Shown one piece after another: positions 42,187-52,757 of a stretch of 64,000 nt of DNA; position 1 is the stretch's first letter; each line of letters starts with the position of its first letter. Both the position numbers and the translations under genes were made by a program. This DNA comes from Thermodesulfobacteriota bacterium (GTDB lineage: Bacteria; Desulfobacterota; Binatia; UBA9968; JAJDTQ01), in NCBI GenBank assembly GCA_965116735.1, contig OZ220712.1, positions 87,378 to 151,377 of the forward strand. The letters are read 5' to 3'. A model generated the notes under the pieces. It searched no databases and was not told the origin of the DNA. It saw only the letters and a program-made list of their open reading frames with translations.

Positions 42187-42568
42187 CACTCACGTGCTCG
42201 TCCTGGCGATCAACGGTGAACTCCGGCGGCGCGAGCAGGCCGTTCTGACCCGGAATCCGTGGTCCGTTTCCGCCATCGTGTTGTGGGAGTTGGCGAAGCT
42301 CGTTCAACTCGATCGGCTGGACATGGACCTCGACGACCGTGAGGTGGTCCGAGTATTGAACCGTCTGCACGTCTGGCCCATCGACCTCGCAGTTGCCCGA
42401 GCCTCGACCCGGCTCGATTTCAGAAGCGATCCCGCGGACGAGATCATTGCCGCCACCAGTGTCGTCCACGGCGTGCCGTTGGTCACCCGCGACCGCGTCA
42501 TGCGCCGTTCAAAGGTCGTTCCGCTTGCGAACATTGTTCGGAATGCGGAAGGAGTCGAAACAGACTGA
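42173..42568 (+). CDS. vapC: VapC-family PIN toxin
   Basis: LDTHV, SAIVLWE, DPAD.IIAAT, LVTRD; overlaps the antitoxin stop. Confidence 0.88.
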   Translation: MLNLDTHVLVLAINGELRRREQAVLTRNPWSVSAIVLWELAKLVQLDRLDMDLDDREVVRVLNRLHVWPIDLAVARASTRLDFRSDPADEIIAATSVVHGVPLVTRDRVMRRSKVVPLANIVRNAEGVETD

Positions 42569-42756
42569 TTGTGGCGGATACGATCTCATCGCCGCCGGCC
42601 TCAGTCCTTTTCGTACGGACTTGGTGGCGGTTCGGGCCGGAAACTCGGGGGACGCACCGAAATTGTTGGCAGAGGAGGTTCGAGGATGAGATCAGGGAAC
42701 CGACGGCCAGCGGGGACAAACCGTGATCCGGACTTCGCCGGGGCGGAAGCGGCCCG

Positions 42757-42942
42757 TTGAGCAAGCTGTACGGCTACACCTCTGACGAACAGGGCATTCG
42801 TCATCCGTTGTTGGACGGTGGGAAGGCCAAGGTTGGAATGGATGAGGCAGTCTTGATGTTGGGTGCGTGTGCTTCTTTCGCTAGCTACCTTTCGCGTAGA
42901 GGCAAGGCCCTTCCTTCAGATCCCGGATCAAGTCCGCGATGA
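42757..42942 (+). pseudogene. C-terminal remnant of an AbiJ-like abortive-infection protein
   Basis: KLYGYTSDEQGIRH.LLD..A.LMLGAC.SF.SYL resembles the AbiJ-related C-terminus; no N-terminal part or convincing RBS. Confidence 0.55.
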
Positions 42943-43114
42943 CGTTGCCTGTGTTCGAGCCGTCGCGAATCGATGTTGGGGGGCGCTGTCGTCGTCGGCG
43001 TTCAGGACGGTTCATTATCCGTTTGAACCGCAATAGGGTCTCTGTGGTATACGGTAGAGACCTTGAACCGTTGTTCGTGACATCCCGTCAACTGCGACGA
43101 CACAGGAGGACGCC

Positions 43115-44149
43115 ATGACCCGGAAACTCGTGCTTTCGACCTTGGCTCTGTTCGCGGCCCTTGCCATGGCCGCTTCCGCGGCGCATGCCGCCGAGAACTT
43201 CTATGCCGGCAAGACCATGCACATCATGGTCGCGGCCTCCCCGGGCGGCGGTTTCGACGCCTATTCGCGGCTCCTGGCGCGGCACATGCCCAAGCACATA
43301 CCGGGCAACCCCTCGATGATCGTCCAGAACCGCCCTGGAGCCGGCGGCCGCATCACCGCCAACTACATGTACAACAAGGCCAAGCCCGACGGGCTGACCA
43401 TGGGCATGTGGATCGGCGGCCTGGTCCTGCAGCAGTACCTGGGGGACAAGGGGGTGAAGTTCGACGCGGCCAACTTCGAGTGGGTGGGCGCGCCGGTGCG
43501 GATCCACAACGTGTGCATGGCCCACAAGTCGAGCGGCGTCACCGATCTGGCGTCCTGGCGCGCGGCCAAGAAGCCGCTCAAGTTCGGCGGCCAGCGGCCC
43601 GGCTCCACCATGTCGGACATCCCGGCAATCCTGGACAAGCACTCGGAGCTTCCCCTCCAGCTCATCGAGGGGTACGGCGGCACGGCGCCCGTGCGGCTCG
43701 CGGCCGAGAGGGGCGAGGTCGGCGGCGTGTGCGCGAGCTGGGAAGGACTCAAGAACCCCTGGGCCGCGGCGCTGAAGAGCGGCGACGTGCGCGTGCTGCT
43801 GCAATTCGTGGACAAGCCCCACTACGCCCTCAAGAAGGTGCCCTTGGGCATCGACCAGATGAAGAGCGAGGAGGGCAGGGTGGTGATGAAGACCGTCGTC
43901 CACGATATCGGAGGTTCCCTCAACCGGCCTTACTCCCTGCCTCCGGGGACTCCCAAGGACCGGGTGATGATCCTGCGCCGCGCCTTTGACGCCGCCACCA
44001 AGGACCCCGAGCTTCTGGCCGAGGCCAAGGGCAAGTTCGACGTCACCCCCGTCTCCGGCGAGGAGGTGGAACGGCTCGTGGGCAATATCGCCAAGCTGCC
44101 GGCGGAGCTGATGGCGACAATCAAGAAGACCTTTGCGCCCAAGAAGTAG
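43115..44149 (+). CDS. Tripartite tricarboxylate transporter substrate-binding protein (TctC/Bug)
   Basis: Signal peptide, PGGGFD.Y.R, NRPGAGG, KPDG, GY.G, GEV.G. Confidence 0.88.
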   Translation: MTRKLVLSTLALFAALAMAASAAHAAENFYAGKTMHIMVAASPGGGFDAYSRLLARHMPKHIPGNPSMIVQNRPGAGGRITANYMYNKAKPDGLTMGMWIGGLVLQQYLGDKGVKFDAANFEWVGAPVRIHNVCMAHKSSGVTDLASWRAAKKPLKFGGQRPGSTMSDIPAILDKHSELPLQLIEGYGGTAPVRLAAERGEVGGVCASWEGLKNPWAAALKSGDVRVLLQFVDKPHYALKKVPLGIDQMKSEEGRVVMKTVVHDIGGSLNRPYSLPPGTPKDRVMILRRAFDAATKDPELLAEAKGKFDVTPVSGEEVERLVGNIAKLPAELMATIKKTFAPKK

Positions 44150-44204
44150 CGTCCACCACGTTTCCGCCAACGAGGGGCGGGCCTTGACGCAGGACACCGT
44201 GTAA

Positions 44205-44831
44205 ATGGCCCGCCCCTCGGGACTGGCTTACAGCATTCACACGCCGCGTCTGATCCTCCGCTGCTGGCATCCGACCGATGCCAACCTGCTGCAGCGGGCG
44301 ATCAACGACAACCTGGACTATCTGCGTCCGTGGATGGACTGGGCGCGCCAGGAGCCGGAATCCCTGGAGATGAAGACGGAGCGGTTACGGCGCTTCCGGG
44401 ACGACTTCCTCTCGCGGCGGGATTTCGTCTACGGCATCTTCGGCGCCGACGGCGTCCGCATCATCGGCGGCACCGGCCTGCACACGCGCGAGAACAAGGA
44501 CGCGCGGGAGATCGGCTACTGGATCGCCGAGCCGTACGCCAACAAGGGGTTGGCCACCGAGTCCACGGCGGCGCTCACGCGGGTGGCGTTCGAGATCAAC
44601 CGGGTGGAGCGGGTGGAGATACGTTGCGACCCTCGCAACGAGGCCAGCGCCCGGGTGGCCGAGAAGCTCGGCTACGTCCACCGTTCGACGCTCTACGGCA
44701 ACAAGACCGATATGGAGGGGCTGGTGCGGGACACCATGATATGGAGTCTGGACGCCGCGGACTACCCTCAAAGCCGTGCCTCGGCGGCCTCCGTGGCCGC
44801 CTACAACCGCGCCAAGATCCAGATCCTGTAG
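44205..44831 (+). CDS. RimJ/RimL-type GNAT acetyltransferase
   Basis: TPRLILR, EIGYW..GLATE, NEASARVAEKLGY. Confidence 0.88.
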   Translation: MARPSGLAYSIHTPRLILRCWHPTDANLLQRAINDNLDYLRPWMDWARQEPESLEMKTERLRRFRDDFLSRRDFVYGIFGADGVRIIGGTGLHTRENKDAREIGYWIAEPYANKGLATESTAALTRVAFEINRVERVEIRCDPRNEASARVAEKLGYVHRSTLYGNKTDMEGLVRDTMIWSLDAADYPQSRASAASVAAYNRAKIQIL

Positions 44832-44990
44832 CGCCTGGCTGTCGGGCGACCCGTCCCAAATCCAACCCCTCTCCCTCCGGGAGAGGGTGGCCGAAGGCCG
44901 GGTGTGGGCTCCCCGGCAACCCTGCCCCTCCGGGCACCCTCACCCCGACCCTCTCCCGGAGGGAGAGGGAGTCGGAGGCCGCGGCGTCCC

Positions 44991-46121
44991 CTACTGGATG
45001 TCGTACAACCGCGTTACGTTGTCCGCGGTAAGCCGCCGGCGCATCTTCTCGCTCAGCCCGCTCATGGTCTGCGCGATGAACTCCTGGGAGTCCGGCCACA
45101 CCCCGTCCCGGTGCGGATAGTCGGAAGCCCAGCAGAAGTTCTCCGGGGCGTACTCCTCGGCGAGGTGGGCGCCGACCTTGTCATCCTGGAAGGTGGCCCA
45201 CATCTGACGCCGGAAGAGCGCGCTCGGCGGCGTGCTGATCATGCCCTCGTACTCGCCTTCCCGGAACTTGGTGTCCAGCCGCTCCAGCACGTAAGGGATC
45301 CAGCCGATGTGGCTCTCGGCCATGACCACCTTGAGGGCGGGATGGCGCTCGAGGGTGCCGCACAGGATGATGGATACGAGGCACTCGTCGGCCTGCATCG
45401 CCACGACCGCTACATGGGCTTCCCGGGAAACCTTCGGGATGTCCCCCCTGAGCTTTTCCTCCGCGCTCCGGGGGCCGACCGTGGTGGTGCCGTGGCCCGC
45501 GCCGATATGGAAGGACAGCGCCACTTCCTCCTCCTCGGCGGCGTCCCACATGGGTTCCCACATCTCGTGCCAGATGGGCGCGGGGCCGTTGAAGAAGTCG
45601 AACAGCGCGCCCTTGAGCCCAAGCCCGTTCTTGCCGATGCGGCGGATCTCCGCGGCCGCGGCGTCGGCGGAATGGGCGGGAATGTCGGCGATGCCGATGA
45701 AGCGGTTGGGGTCGTGCTCGCAGAACTCGGCGATGAAGTCGTTGTAGGCCCGGTAGGTGGCGGTGATCACGTCCGGGTCCTTGATGCTGTCCTCGACGAA
45801 ACGGATTCCGTAGATGACCTCGGCGGCGATGTTGTCGATGTCCAGGTCCCTTGCCCTGAGCTTCGGATCCGAGGGGTGGGTGGGTTCCCATCCGGCCTCG
45901 CGCATCCGCCGGCCCCGGTGGTTGGTCATGGGCTGCCGCCCCATCCACGCCCGGTGTCCGCCCATCATGGCGCCGTCGCCAACCCACGTGGGCTTGCCGT
46001 CCACCGTGTGCACGTTGGGCACGCGGTCCTTCAGCTTCGCCGGCGCGCGAGACCGGAACGTATCCTCGTCGAGATAGAAGAGGTCCATGTGTCCGTCAGC
46101 AGAGATGATTCGGTCGCTCAT
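44991..46121 (-). CDS. Amidohydrolase_2 family protein
   Basis: ISADGH, SFH, AESHIGWIP, WASDYPHRD. Confidence 0.88.
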   Translation of the reverse strand: MSDRIISADGHMDLFYLDEDTFRSRAPAKLKDRVPNVHTVDGKPTWVGDGAMMGGHRAWMGRQPMTNHRGRRMREAGWEPTHPSDPKLRARDLDIDNIAAEVIYGIRFVEDSIKDPDVITATYRAYNDFIAEFCEHDPNRFIGIADIPAHSADAAAAEIRRIGKNGLGLKGALFDFFNGPAPIWHEMWEPMWDAAEEEEVALSFHIGAGHGTTTVGPRSAEEKLRGDIPKVSREAHVAVVAMQADECLVSIILCGTLERHPALKVVMAESHIGWIPYVLERLDTKFREGEYEGMISTPPSALFRRQMWATFQDDKVGAHLAEEYAPENFCWASDYPHRDGVWPDSQEFIAQTMSGLSEKMRRRLTADNVTRLYDIQ

Positions 46122-46194
46122 GATCGTTCCCTCCGGTTCCCACTTCTCTCATAGTCTTCCGGTACTGGCAAGCTTGGCGACGTCGTGCCGCCCA

Positions 46195-46270
46195 GCCCGG
46201 AGCCCGCGTCAGGCCCGGAATGACGTTGGGTCCGCCCTCCGTCATTCCGGGCCTGACGCGGGCTCCGGGC
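46195..46270. repeat. 31-bp perfect inverted repeat (GTCATTCCGG-type REP doublet) in a divergent intergenic region
   Basis: 46195-46225 is the exact reverse complement of 46240-46270. Confidence 0.8.
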
Positions 46271-46352
46271 ATCCTCGTGCCGAACGACCTTCCCGATTTG
46301 ACTGGCTCGATCGGGCGTGCAACCATCCCCGAACCGGAGAGGAGGATCATCC

Positions 46353-47552
46353 ATGACGACTGCGATCGACGATCTCCAGGGCGAGTGGCGCGACCGCGCC
46401 GCGGTGCCGGACCACGTGATCTGGGGGCCCGGATCGCATGAGCGCCTGAAAGGGCTGCTGGAAGAGATGGGCTGCGGCCGGGCGCTGCTTCTGACCAGCG
46501 GTTCGCTGAAGAAGCGCACGCCGTGGGTGGACCGGATCGTGGACGGGCTGGGCGGCACGGTGGCGGCGGTCCGCAGCGACAGCGCGGAGTTCACCCCGGA
46601 TTGGCTGTGCTTCGACACGGCACGCCAGGCGCGGGAGGTCGAGCCCGACGTCATCGTCACGGTGGGCGGCGGCAGCGTGGCGGACTGGGGCAAGGCAGTG
46701 GCCTTTATCCTCGCCCAGGGCCTCGAATCGGTAGAGGAGTTGGACGGGTACGTGGCCTCCCCGGACAACCAGCGGCTGCCCGCGCTGCCCAAGTCGCCGA
46801 TACCGCAGGTGGCGATCCCCACCACCCTGTCGGCCTCTGAGGCCACCTGGTCGGTGACCATCAACCGCCCGGAGCGCAAGTTCAAGGACCATGTGCGGCA
46901 TCCCGATCTCGTGCCCCGGGCGGTGATCCTCGACGCCGCCATCGCCTCATCCACCCCCGCGGGCCTGTGGTGCGCCACCGGCCTCAAGGCCATGGAGCAC
47001 GTGGTGGAGAAGCTCTACACCGTGGACCGTAACCCGGTGGTGGACAACATGTGCCTCAAGGCCGGCGAGCTGCTCTACCGCCACCTGCCCCGCTGCAAGG
47101 ACAACCCCGAGGACCTGGAAGCCTTCACCCAGTGCCACGTGGCGCTGGTGGGCGTGGGCTTTCACGGACGCGGCGTGCACAAGGGGCTGTCCCAGGTCAT
47201 CGGCTGGCAGCTCGGCGCCTACGGCGTCGCCCATGGCCACACCTCCTGCGTCATGCTGCCGCACGTGATGCGGTTCAACCGTTCCGTAACCCGCTCCGCA
47301 CAGGCCGCTCTGGGGCGGGCGCTGGGCGGGGACGCCGCCACCGATGAAGAGCTTGCCGAGAGCGCGCAGGCTGCGGTGGCGGGCCTGGTCCGGGACCTGG
47401 ACCTGCCCTATCGGTTGCGGGACGTGGGCATAGGCCGCGAGGATCTTGCGGACATCGCCGAGAAAGTCATCGTCTCTCCCAACATCATCTACAACCCGCG
47501 GCCGGTGACGGACCCCCGGGAAGTCCTGGAGGTGCTGGAAGGAGCGTGGTAG
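46353..47552 (+). CDS. Iron-containing alcohol dehydrogenase / maleylacetate reductase-like protein
   Basis: VGGGSVAD, IPTTLS, HG..LPHVMRFN, NPRP; several canonical metal ligands substituted. Confidence 0.8.
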   Translation: MTTAIDDLQGEWRDRAAVPDHVIWGPGSHERLKGLLEEMGCGRALLLTSGSLKKRTPWVDRIVDGLGGTVAAVRSDSAEFTPDWLCFDTARQAREVEPDVIVTVGGGSVADWGKAVAFILAQGLESVEELDGYVASPDNQRLPALPKSPIPQVAIPTTLSASEATWSVTINRPERKFKDHVRHPDLVPRAVILDAAIASSTPAGLWCATGLKAMEHVVEKLYTVDRNPVVDNMCLKAGELLYRHLPRCKDNPEDLEAFTQCHVALVGVGFHGRGVHKGLSQVIGWQLGAYGVAHGHTSCVMLPHVMRFNRSVTRSAQAALGRALGGDAATDEELAESAQAAVAGLVRDLDLPYRLRDVGIGREDLADIAEKVIVSPNIIYNPRPVTDPREVLEVLEGAW

Positions 47553-47557
47553 CGGTC

Positions 47558-49675
47558 ATGGATCCCGCAGGACCCCAATACCGGGTCGGCGTGGACATCG
47601 GCGGCACTTTTACCGACTGTGTCACCATGGATGCGGCCGGAACGGTGACCGTGGGCAAGGCGCTCTCCACCCCGGAGGACTACTCCATCGGCGCGTTGAA
47701 CGCGGTGCGAGACGCCGCCGAGAACCTGGGGCTGGCGGGTGAGGCCGAGCTGCTCGCGTGCACCCGGCTGTTCTTCCACGCCTGCACCATCGGAGACAAC
47801 GCGCTGATCACGGGCTCCGGGGCCGTCACGGGTCTGATCACCACCAAGGGGTTTGCCGATACGCTCCGCATCATGCGCGGGCGCTTCACCGACGGCGTCC
47901 CGGAGTCCGAGATCTTCCATCTCGCCACCCTCGACAAGCCCGCGCCCATGGTGCCTAGGCCGCTGATCGCGGAGCTGGACGAACGCGTGGACTACAAGGG
48001 CTCCGTGCTGGTGCGGCTCGATCCGGCCCAGGTGGAGAAGGCCGTGGCGGAGCTGGAATCGAAGGGGGTGGAGGCCCTCGCGGTGTGCCTCATATGGTCC
48101 GTCGCCAACGACAGCCACGAGCGGGCCGTCGCCGACATCGTCGCCAGGAGACACCCGAACGTATTCCTCAGCCTTTCCAGCGAGGTGGCGCCGTACCTGG
48201 GCGAGTACGAGCGCACGGCCACCACCGTGTTCAACGCCGGCATCGGCCCGCGGATCTCGACGTACGTTAAGCGGCTGGGAGCCCGTCTGCGGGAGCGGGG
48301 CCTCGACGGGCAGCCGCTGATCATGCAGTCCTACGGCGGCGTGCTGGGCGTCGAGGCCACCGCCCGCAACGCCATCGGCACCATCGAGTCGGGACCCGCC
48401 GCCGGGGTGGCGGGCAGCGCGTGGCTGGGCGGGCTCATGGAGTTGCCGGACATCCTTGCGACGGACATGGGAGGCACGACGTTCAAGGTCAGCGTGATCC
48501 GCGACGGCGCCATCGAGATGGACTACAAGCCGGTGCTGCTGCGTCATCAGATCTATTCCACCAAGATCTGGGTGGAGTCCATCGGCGCCGGGGGCGGCAG
48601 CATTGCCTGGGCCGACCCCAAGACCGGGTTGCTCAAGGTGGGGCCGGAGGGGGCAGGTGCGCAGCCGGGGCCCGCATGTTACGGCCTGGGCGGCGCCGAG
48701 CCCACGGTGTCGGACGCCGACCTGGTGCTCGGTTACCTGAATCCGGACTACTTCTTGGGCGGGCGCATGTCGCTGGATGCGCAACGGGCGCGGCAGGCCG
48801 TCGAAGAAAAGGTCGCCGAGCCCTTGGGGCTGTCCGTCGAGGCCGCGGCTGCCGGCATCTTCCGCATCATCAACGCCCACATGAGCGACCTCATCCGCCG
48901 CGCTACCGTGGAGCGGGGCTACGACCCACGGGACTTCACGCTGTTCGCGTTCGGCGGCGCCGGGCCGGTGCACGCGGCGCGCTACGCCGCGGAGCTCGGT
49001 ATCAGGCAGGTGGTGGTGCCACTGACCGCCTCGGTGCACAGCGCCACCGGTCTGGTCAGCTCGGACATCGTCTACCAGTACGGCAAGTCGGACCGGTTGC
49101 TGGTGCCGGCGGACCGCGACCGCGTCAACCGCGACTTCGACGAGCTGGTGCGGCGCGCCCGCGCCGATCTGGCCGCGGCAGGATTCGAAGGGAAGGGCGT
49201 TCGCATCGAGCGGAGTCTCGATATGCGGTATCGTTACCAGGTGCATGAGTTGAATGTCGGCATGGCCGAGGGCGACGCGCCGTTGTCCGAGCAGGAGCTG
49301 GACGGCGTGTATGAACGCTTCGATGAGCTGTACGAACGCACCTATGGCCGCGGCTCCGGCTACCGCGAGGCCGGCAAGGAAATCATGAATTTCCGCCTCA
49401 CCGCCACCGGCGCGCTGGACAAGCCACGGCTGCAGCGCTACCCGCTGTCCGTGAGCGATGCCGGCGGGGCGACAAAGGGAAGCCGCAAGGTCTTCTTCGA
49501 GGAGTTCGAGGAGCAGCGCGACACCCCGGTGTACGGCTTCGAGCCCTTGCGCCCGGGGAACGAGGTCCCGGGCCCCGCCGTCATCGAGACGCCGGTGACC
49601 ACCATCGTGGTGAACCCTGGCGACCGGGCGGTCATGGACGACTATCGCAACGTCAGGTTGCTCATCGGCCACTGA
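47558..49675 (+). CDS. Hydantoinase A / 5-oxoprolinase ATP-binding subunit
   Basis: GVDIGGTFTD, ESGPAAG, DMGGTT, IGAGGGS, PTVSDA, FGGAG. Confidence 0.92.
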   Translation: MDPAGPQYRVGVDIGGTFTDCVTMDAAGTVTVGKALSTPEDYSIGALNAVRDAAENLGLAGEAELLACTRLFFHACTIGDNALITGSGAVTGLITTKGFADTLRIMRGRFTDGVPESEIFHLATLDKPAPMVPRPLIAELDERVDYKGSVLVRLDPAQVEKAVAELESKGVEALAVCLIWSVANDSHERAVADIVARRHPNVFLSLSSEVAPYLGEYERTATTVFNAGIGPRISTYVKRLGARLRERGLDGQPLIMQSYGGVLGVEATARNAIGTIESGPAAGVAGSAWLGGLMELPDILATDMGGTTFKVSVIRDGAIEMDYKPVLLRHQIYSTKIWVESIGAGGGSIAWADPKTGLLKVGPEGAGAQPGPACYGLGGAEPTVSDADLVLGYLNPDYFLGGRMSLDAQRARQAVEEKVAEPLGLSVEAAAAGIFRIINAHMSDLIRRATVERGYDPRDFTLFAFGGAGPVHAARYAAELGIRQVVVPLTASVHSATGLVSSDIVYQYGKSDRLLVPADRDRVNRDFDELVRRARADLAAAGFEGKGVRIERSLDMRYRYQVHELNVGMAEGDAPLSEQELDGVYERFDELYERTYGRGSGYREAGKEIMNFRLTATGALDKPRLQRYPLSVSDAGGATKGSRKVFFEEFEEQRDTPVYGFEPLRPGNEVPGPAVIETPVTTIVVNPGDRAVMDDYRNVRLLIGH

Positions 49676-49686
49676 GAGGGGATACC

Positions 49687-51510
49687 ATGGATACCCGAAT
49701 CCGCGGCGTCGATCCCGTGACCTTCGAGATCCTGTCGCACCGGCTGCACCAGGTCACCCGCGAGATGGGCATCACCCTGGAACGCACCGGCGGCACCGTC
49801 AACACCACCCAGCAGCGGGACTACATGGCCTCGCTCTACCGGCCGGACGGGGAGATCCTGTGCGCCGGCGCCACCCTCGGACAGCACGTGGCCTGCGCTA
49901 GTTGCGCGGTCAAGTCCATCATCGAGCGCTTTCCGGCCGGCGAGGTGTTCGAGGACGACGTCTTCCTGCTGAACGATCCCTACCTGGCCGCCATCCACCA
50001 GTCCGACGTCTACGTCATCGCGCCGATCCACTACCGCGGCCGGCTGGTGGCCTGGAGCGCCACCTTCGTCCATGTGAACGACGTCGGCGCCAATTCGCCG
50101 GGGGGCGACTCCCCCGACGCCACGGAGATCTTTCACGAGGGGCTGCGGGTCCCGGGCATCAAGCTGGTAGAGCGGGGCAGGCCGCGCCAGGACGTGTTCG
50201 ACACCCTCACCAACATGACCCGCCAGCCGGGCATGGTGGGGCTGGACTTCAAGTGCGAGATCGCCGCCAACAACGTCGCCAAGGCGCGGCTCGCGGAGAT
50301 GTACGACCACTACGGCCCGGAGCTGCTGGAGTCGGTGGGCAACGAGATGATCCGCTACACCGAGGCGATCCTGCGCGAGCGGATTGCGTCGTTCGAGGAC
50401 GGCGAGTGGACCGAGGAGCTGGCTCTGGAGGCCCAGGACACCTGGCGCATGAAGGTCACGTTGCGCAAGCGCGCCGACCGGCTGATCTTCGACTTCACCG
50501 GCACCGACCCCCAGGCCTCCACGGGCGTCAACCTGCCGCTCCACGGCACCGCCGGGTTCTGCTTCGCCGCGGTGCTGACCACGCTGGTGTACGATCTCCC
50601 CAAGAACCACGGCGTGCTGCGGCCCCTGGAGGTCATCGCCCCGGAAGGGACCCTGGTGAACGTCACCCCGCCCGCTCCGGTGTCGATGAACACCACCTCG
50701 TGCGGCTTCGCCGTCGGCTTCCTGGCCAGCTCGGTGCTGATGCAGATGCTCGGCACCCACGAGCACTGGAAGGATGAGATCGTCACCCCCAACGCCAGCC
50801 ACCGGAACGGCAAGCACTCGGGCGTCAACCAGTACGGCCGCTACTGCGTGTTCAACCTCGCCCACGGCGCCATGGACGGCAACGGCGCGCGCGCCTACCG
50901 CGACGGCATCGACTCCGGCGGCACCTACATGAGCTGTCCCAACGCCGAGTGGTTCGAGATGAACTTCCCGGTGCTCTACCTGTTCCGCCGCCACGCCGAA
51001 GACTCGGCCGGGCCGGGGAAGTTCCGGGGCGGACTGGCGGTGGAGACGGCGCACACCCCCCACGACGCCCCCGAGGGCAGGCTGGGCGGCGTGGCCTACG
51101 GCGTCGCCGGGCTCCGGAACTCGGGCCACGGCATGTACGGCGGCTACCCCGGCGCGCCCAGCGTCATTGTGCTCAGGGAGGGTACGCGGGTCCGCGAGGT
51201 CATGGCCCGCCACCGGAACGCCGTGGACCTCGACGAGGTGGGCGGGCGGGAGCGCGTCCTGCCGTACTGCAACTTCGACTTCAACGAGGGGGACGTGCTC
51301 TACATGCGCGTGGCCAGCGGCGGCGGCTACGGCGATCCGCTGAGACGGGAGCCGGGCCTGGTGCAGGCGGACGTGAAGAACGGGGTGGTCTCCGAGGACG
51401 CGGCCCGCGACATCTACGGCGTGGCGCTCGACCCCGAAACCGGCTGGGTGGACCCGGAGGCTACCGACGCTCTCCGGCGCCGGCTCGCCGGAGAAAGGGC
51501 GGAGGCGTAG
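49687..51510 (+). CDS. Hydantoinase B / 5-oxoprolinase subunit
   Basis: NDPY..HQSD, H..DVG, EGLRVP, DSAGPG.FRGG, GGGYGDP. Confidence 0.92.
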   Translation: MDTRIRGVDPVTFEILSHRLHQVTREMGITLERTGGTVNTTQQRDYMASLYRPDGEILCAGATLGQHVACASCAVKSIIERFPAGEVFEDDVFLLNDPYLAAIHQSDVYVIAPIHYRGRLVAWSATFVHVNDVGANSPGGDSPDATEIFHEGLRVPGIKLVERGRPRQDVFDTLTNMTRQPGMVGLDFKCEIAANNVAKARLAEMYDHYGPELLESVGNEMIRYTEAILRERIASFEDGEWTEELALEAQDTWRMKVTLRKRADRLIFDFTGTDPQASTGVNLPLHGTAGFCFAAVLTTLVYDLPKNHGVLRPLEVIAPEGTLVNVTPPAPVSMNTTSCGFAVGFLASSVLMQMLGTHEHWKDEIVTPNASHRNGKHSGVNQYGRYCVFNLAHGAMDGNGARAYRDGIDSGGTYMSCPNAEWFEMNFPVLYLFRRHAEDSAGPGKFRGGLAVETAHTPHDAPEGRLGGVAYGVAGLRNSGHGMYGGYPGAPSVIVLREGTRVREVMARHRNAVDLDEVGGRERVLPYCNFDFNEGDVLYMRVASGGGYGDPLRREPGLVQADVKNGVVSEDAARDIYGVALDPETGWVDPEATDALRRRLAGERAEA

Positions 51511-51594
51511 GTCGGGTTAGCCGAAGGCGTAATCCGACATCGGTTTGGGACGACTGTGTCGCGTGGTGTCGGATTACGCTCCGCTAATCCGACC
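51507..51594. repeat. GTAG-type REP pair between convergent genes
   Basis: GTAGGTCGGGTTAGCCGAAGGCGTAATCCGAC and inverted GTCGGATTACGCTCCGCTAATCCGACC. Confidence 0.7.
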
Positions 51595-51641
51595 AACGAA
51601 CAACCTCTGAATCCGACCTGTCTGCAACGCACGCTCGCCCC

Positions 51642-52757
51642 TCAGAACCCGAACTGCGCCATGTCTACCTCCGCGCCGCTCTTCCCGCACTCCTCCACGA
51701 AGACCCGGTGGATCTCGGGGTCCTGGTCCTGGTACTCGATCTGCGCGCCGCCCTTCTTGACGTCCTCGCCGGTGTCTTTGAGCTCCTCCACCTTGTACTT
51801 GAAGCCCCAGGGCTTCAGCGCCAGGTAGCGCGCCGGCTCCGCGCCGTTGTTGAAGTGCTGGTGCCACCACTGGATGGGCGGCACGAACATGCTCATGCGG
51901 CCCCATTCCACGCGCTTCCTGGGGGCGCCTTCTTCCCACAGGAACGAGTAGCCGGAGCCGGTCAGCATGATGATGTGGGCGCCGGCGCCGTGGCGGTGGG
52001 CTTTCTTGTACTTGCCCACCGGGAATTCCGAGAGGTGCGCGCTCATGGTGTTGTCGACGAACTCGAAAAGCGTGGTGCGGTTGCCGCCGCCGCGCTCCTT
52101 GTAGTCCTTGGGCGAGAACTGCCACAGGTCCGCGATGAAGTTGGACTCCCACACGCGGCCCTTCTTCACCCCATCAAGATAGCGCCCGGGCTTGCCCCAC
52201 TCGTTGGCGTCGCCAGCGTAACGGTCGCCGAAGGTGAAGGGGTTGTTGAAAATGTAGTCGAGGTTCCGGTAGCGGTTGATGATGACGGTGGCGTCGGTCA
52301 GCGAGATCATCCGCACCGGCTCCCGTCCCTGGGCGTTGAAGTGCTGGAACCAGGCGTTGAGCGGAATCGAGAACAGGCTTCCCTTCTGCCACTCCAGGGT
52401 GTGCTTGCGGCCGCCCTCGTTCCAAAGGGTGGTGGCGCCCTGGCCCGACAGGATGAACACCGCTTCTTCGTAGAGGTGGTGCTGCGGCCGTAGCTCGCCG
52501 CCCGGCGTGATCTCCTGGATCACCGTGTCGCAGGTGCCGCCGGCGCCGTCGAGGTTGACGAAGGCGCCCTTGCCGCCGGTACGCGCCCAGTCCCCCAACT
52601 CCAGCTCCAGCAGGTCGTCGATGATGAACCCCTTGTACACCGGGATTCCCTCCCACTGCTGGTAGATCTCGTAGGGGCTGATGGGGGCGAAGCCGGAGGC
52701 TTCGTTCAGGTTCCGTTCCGAACCGTTGGCTGTGTCGATGGTGGCGGGTTTGCTCAT
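51642..52757 (-). CDS. Bicupin-domain protein
   Basis: PQHHLYEE..P.NAWFQH and AHRH..P..WWHQH cupin motifs; start ATG 52757. Confidence 0.8.
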   Translation of the reverse strand: MSKPATIDTANGSERNLNEASGFAPISPYEIYQQWEGIPVYKGFIIDDLLELELGDWARTGGKGAFVNLDGAGGTCDTVIQEITPGGELRPQHHLYEEAVFILSGQGATTLWNEGGRKHTLEWQKGSLFSIPLNAWFQHFNAQGREPVRMISLTDATVIINRYRNLDYIFNNPFTFGDRYAGDANEWGKPGRYLDGVKKGRVWESNFIADLWQFSPKDYKERGGGNRTTLFEFVDNTMSAHLSEFPVGKYKKAHRHGAGAHIIMLTGSGYSFLWEEGAPRKRVEWGRMSMFVPPIQWWHQHFNNGAEPARYLALKPWGFKYKVEELKDTGEDVKKGGAQIEYQDQDPEIHRVFVEECGKSGAEVDMAQFGF

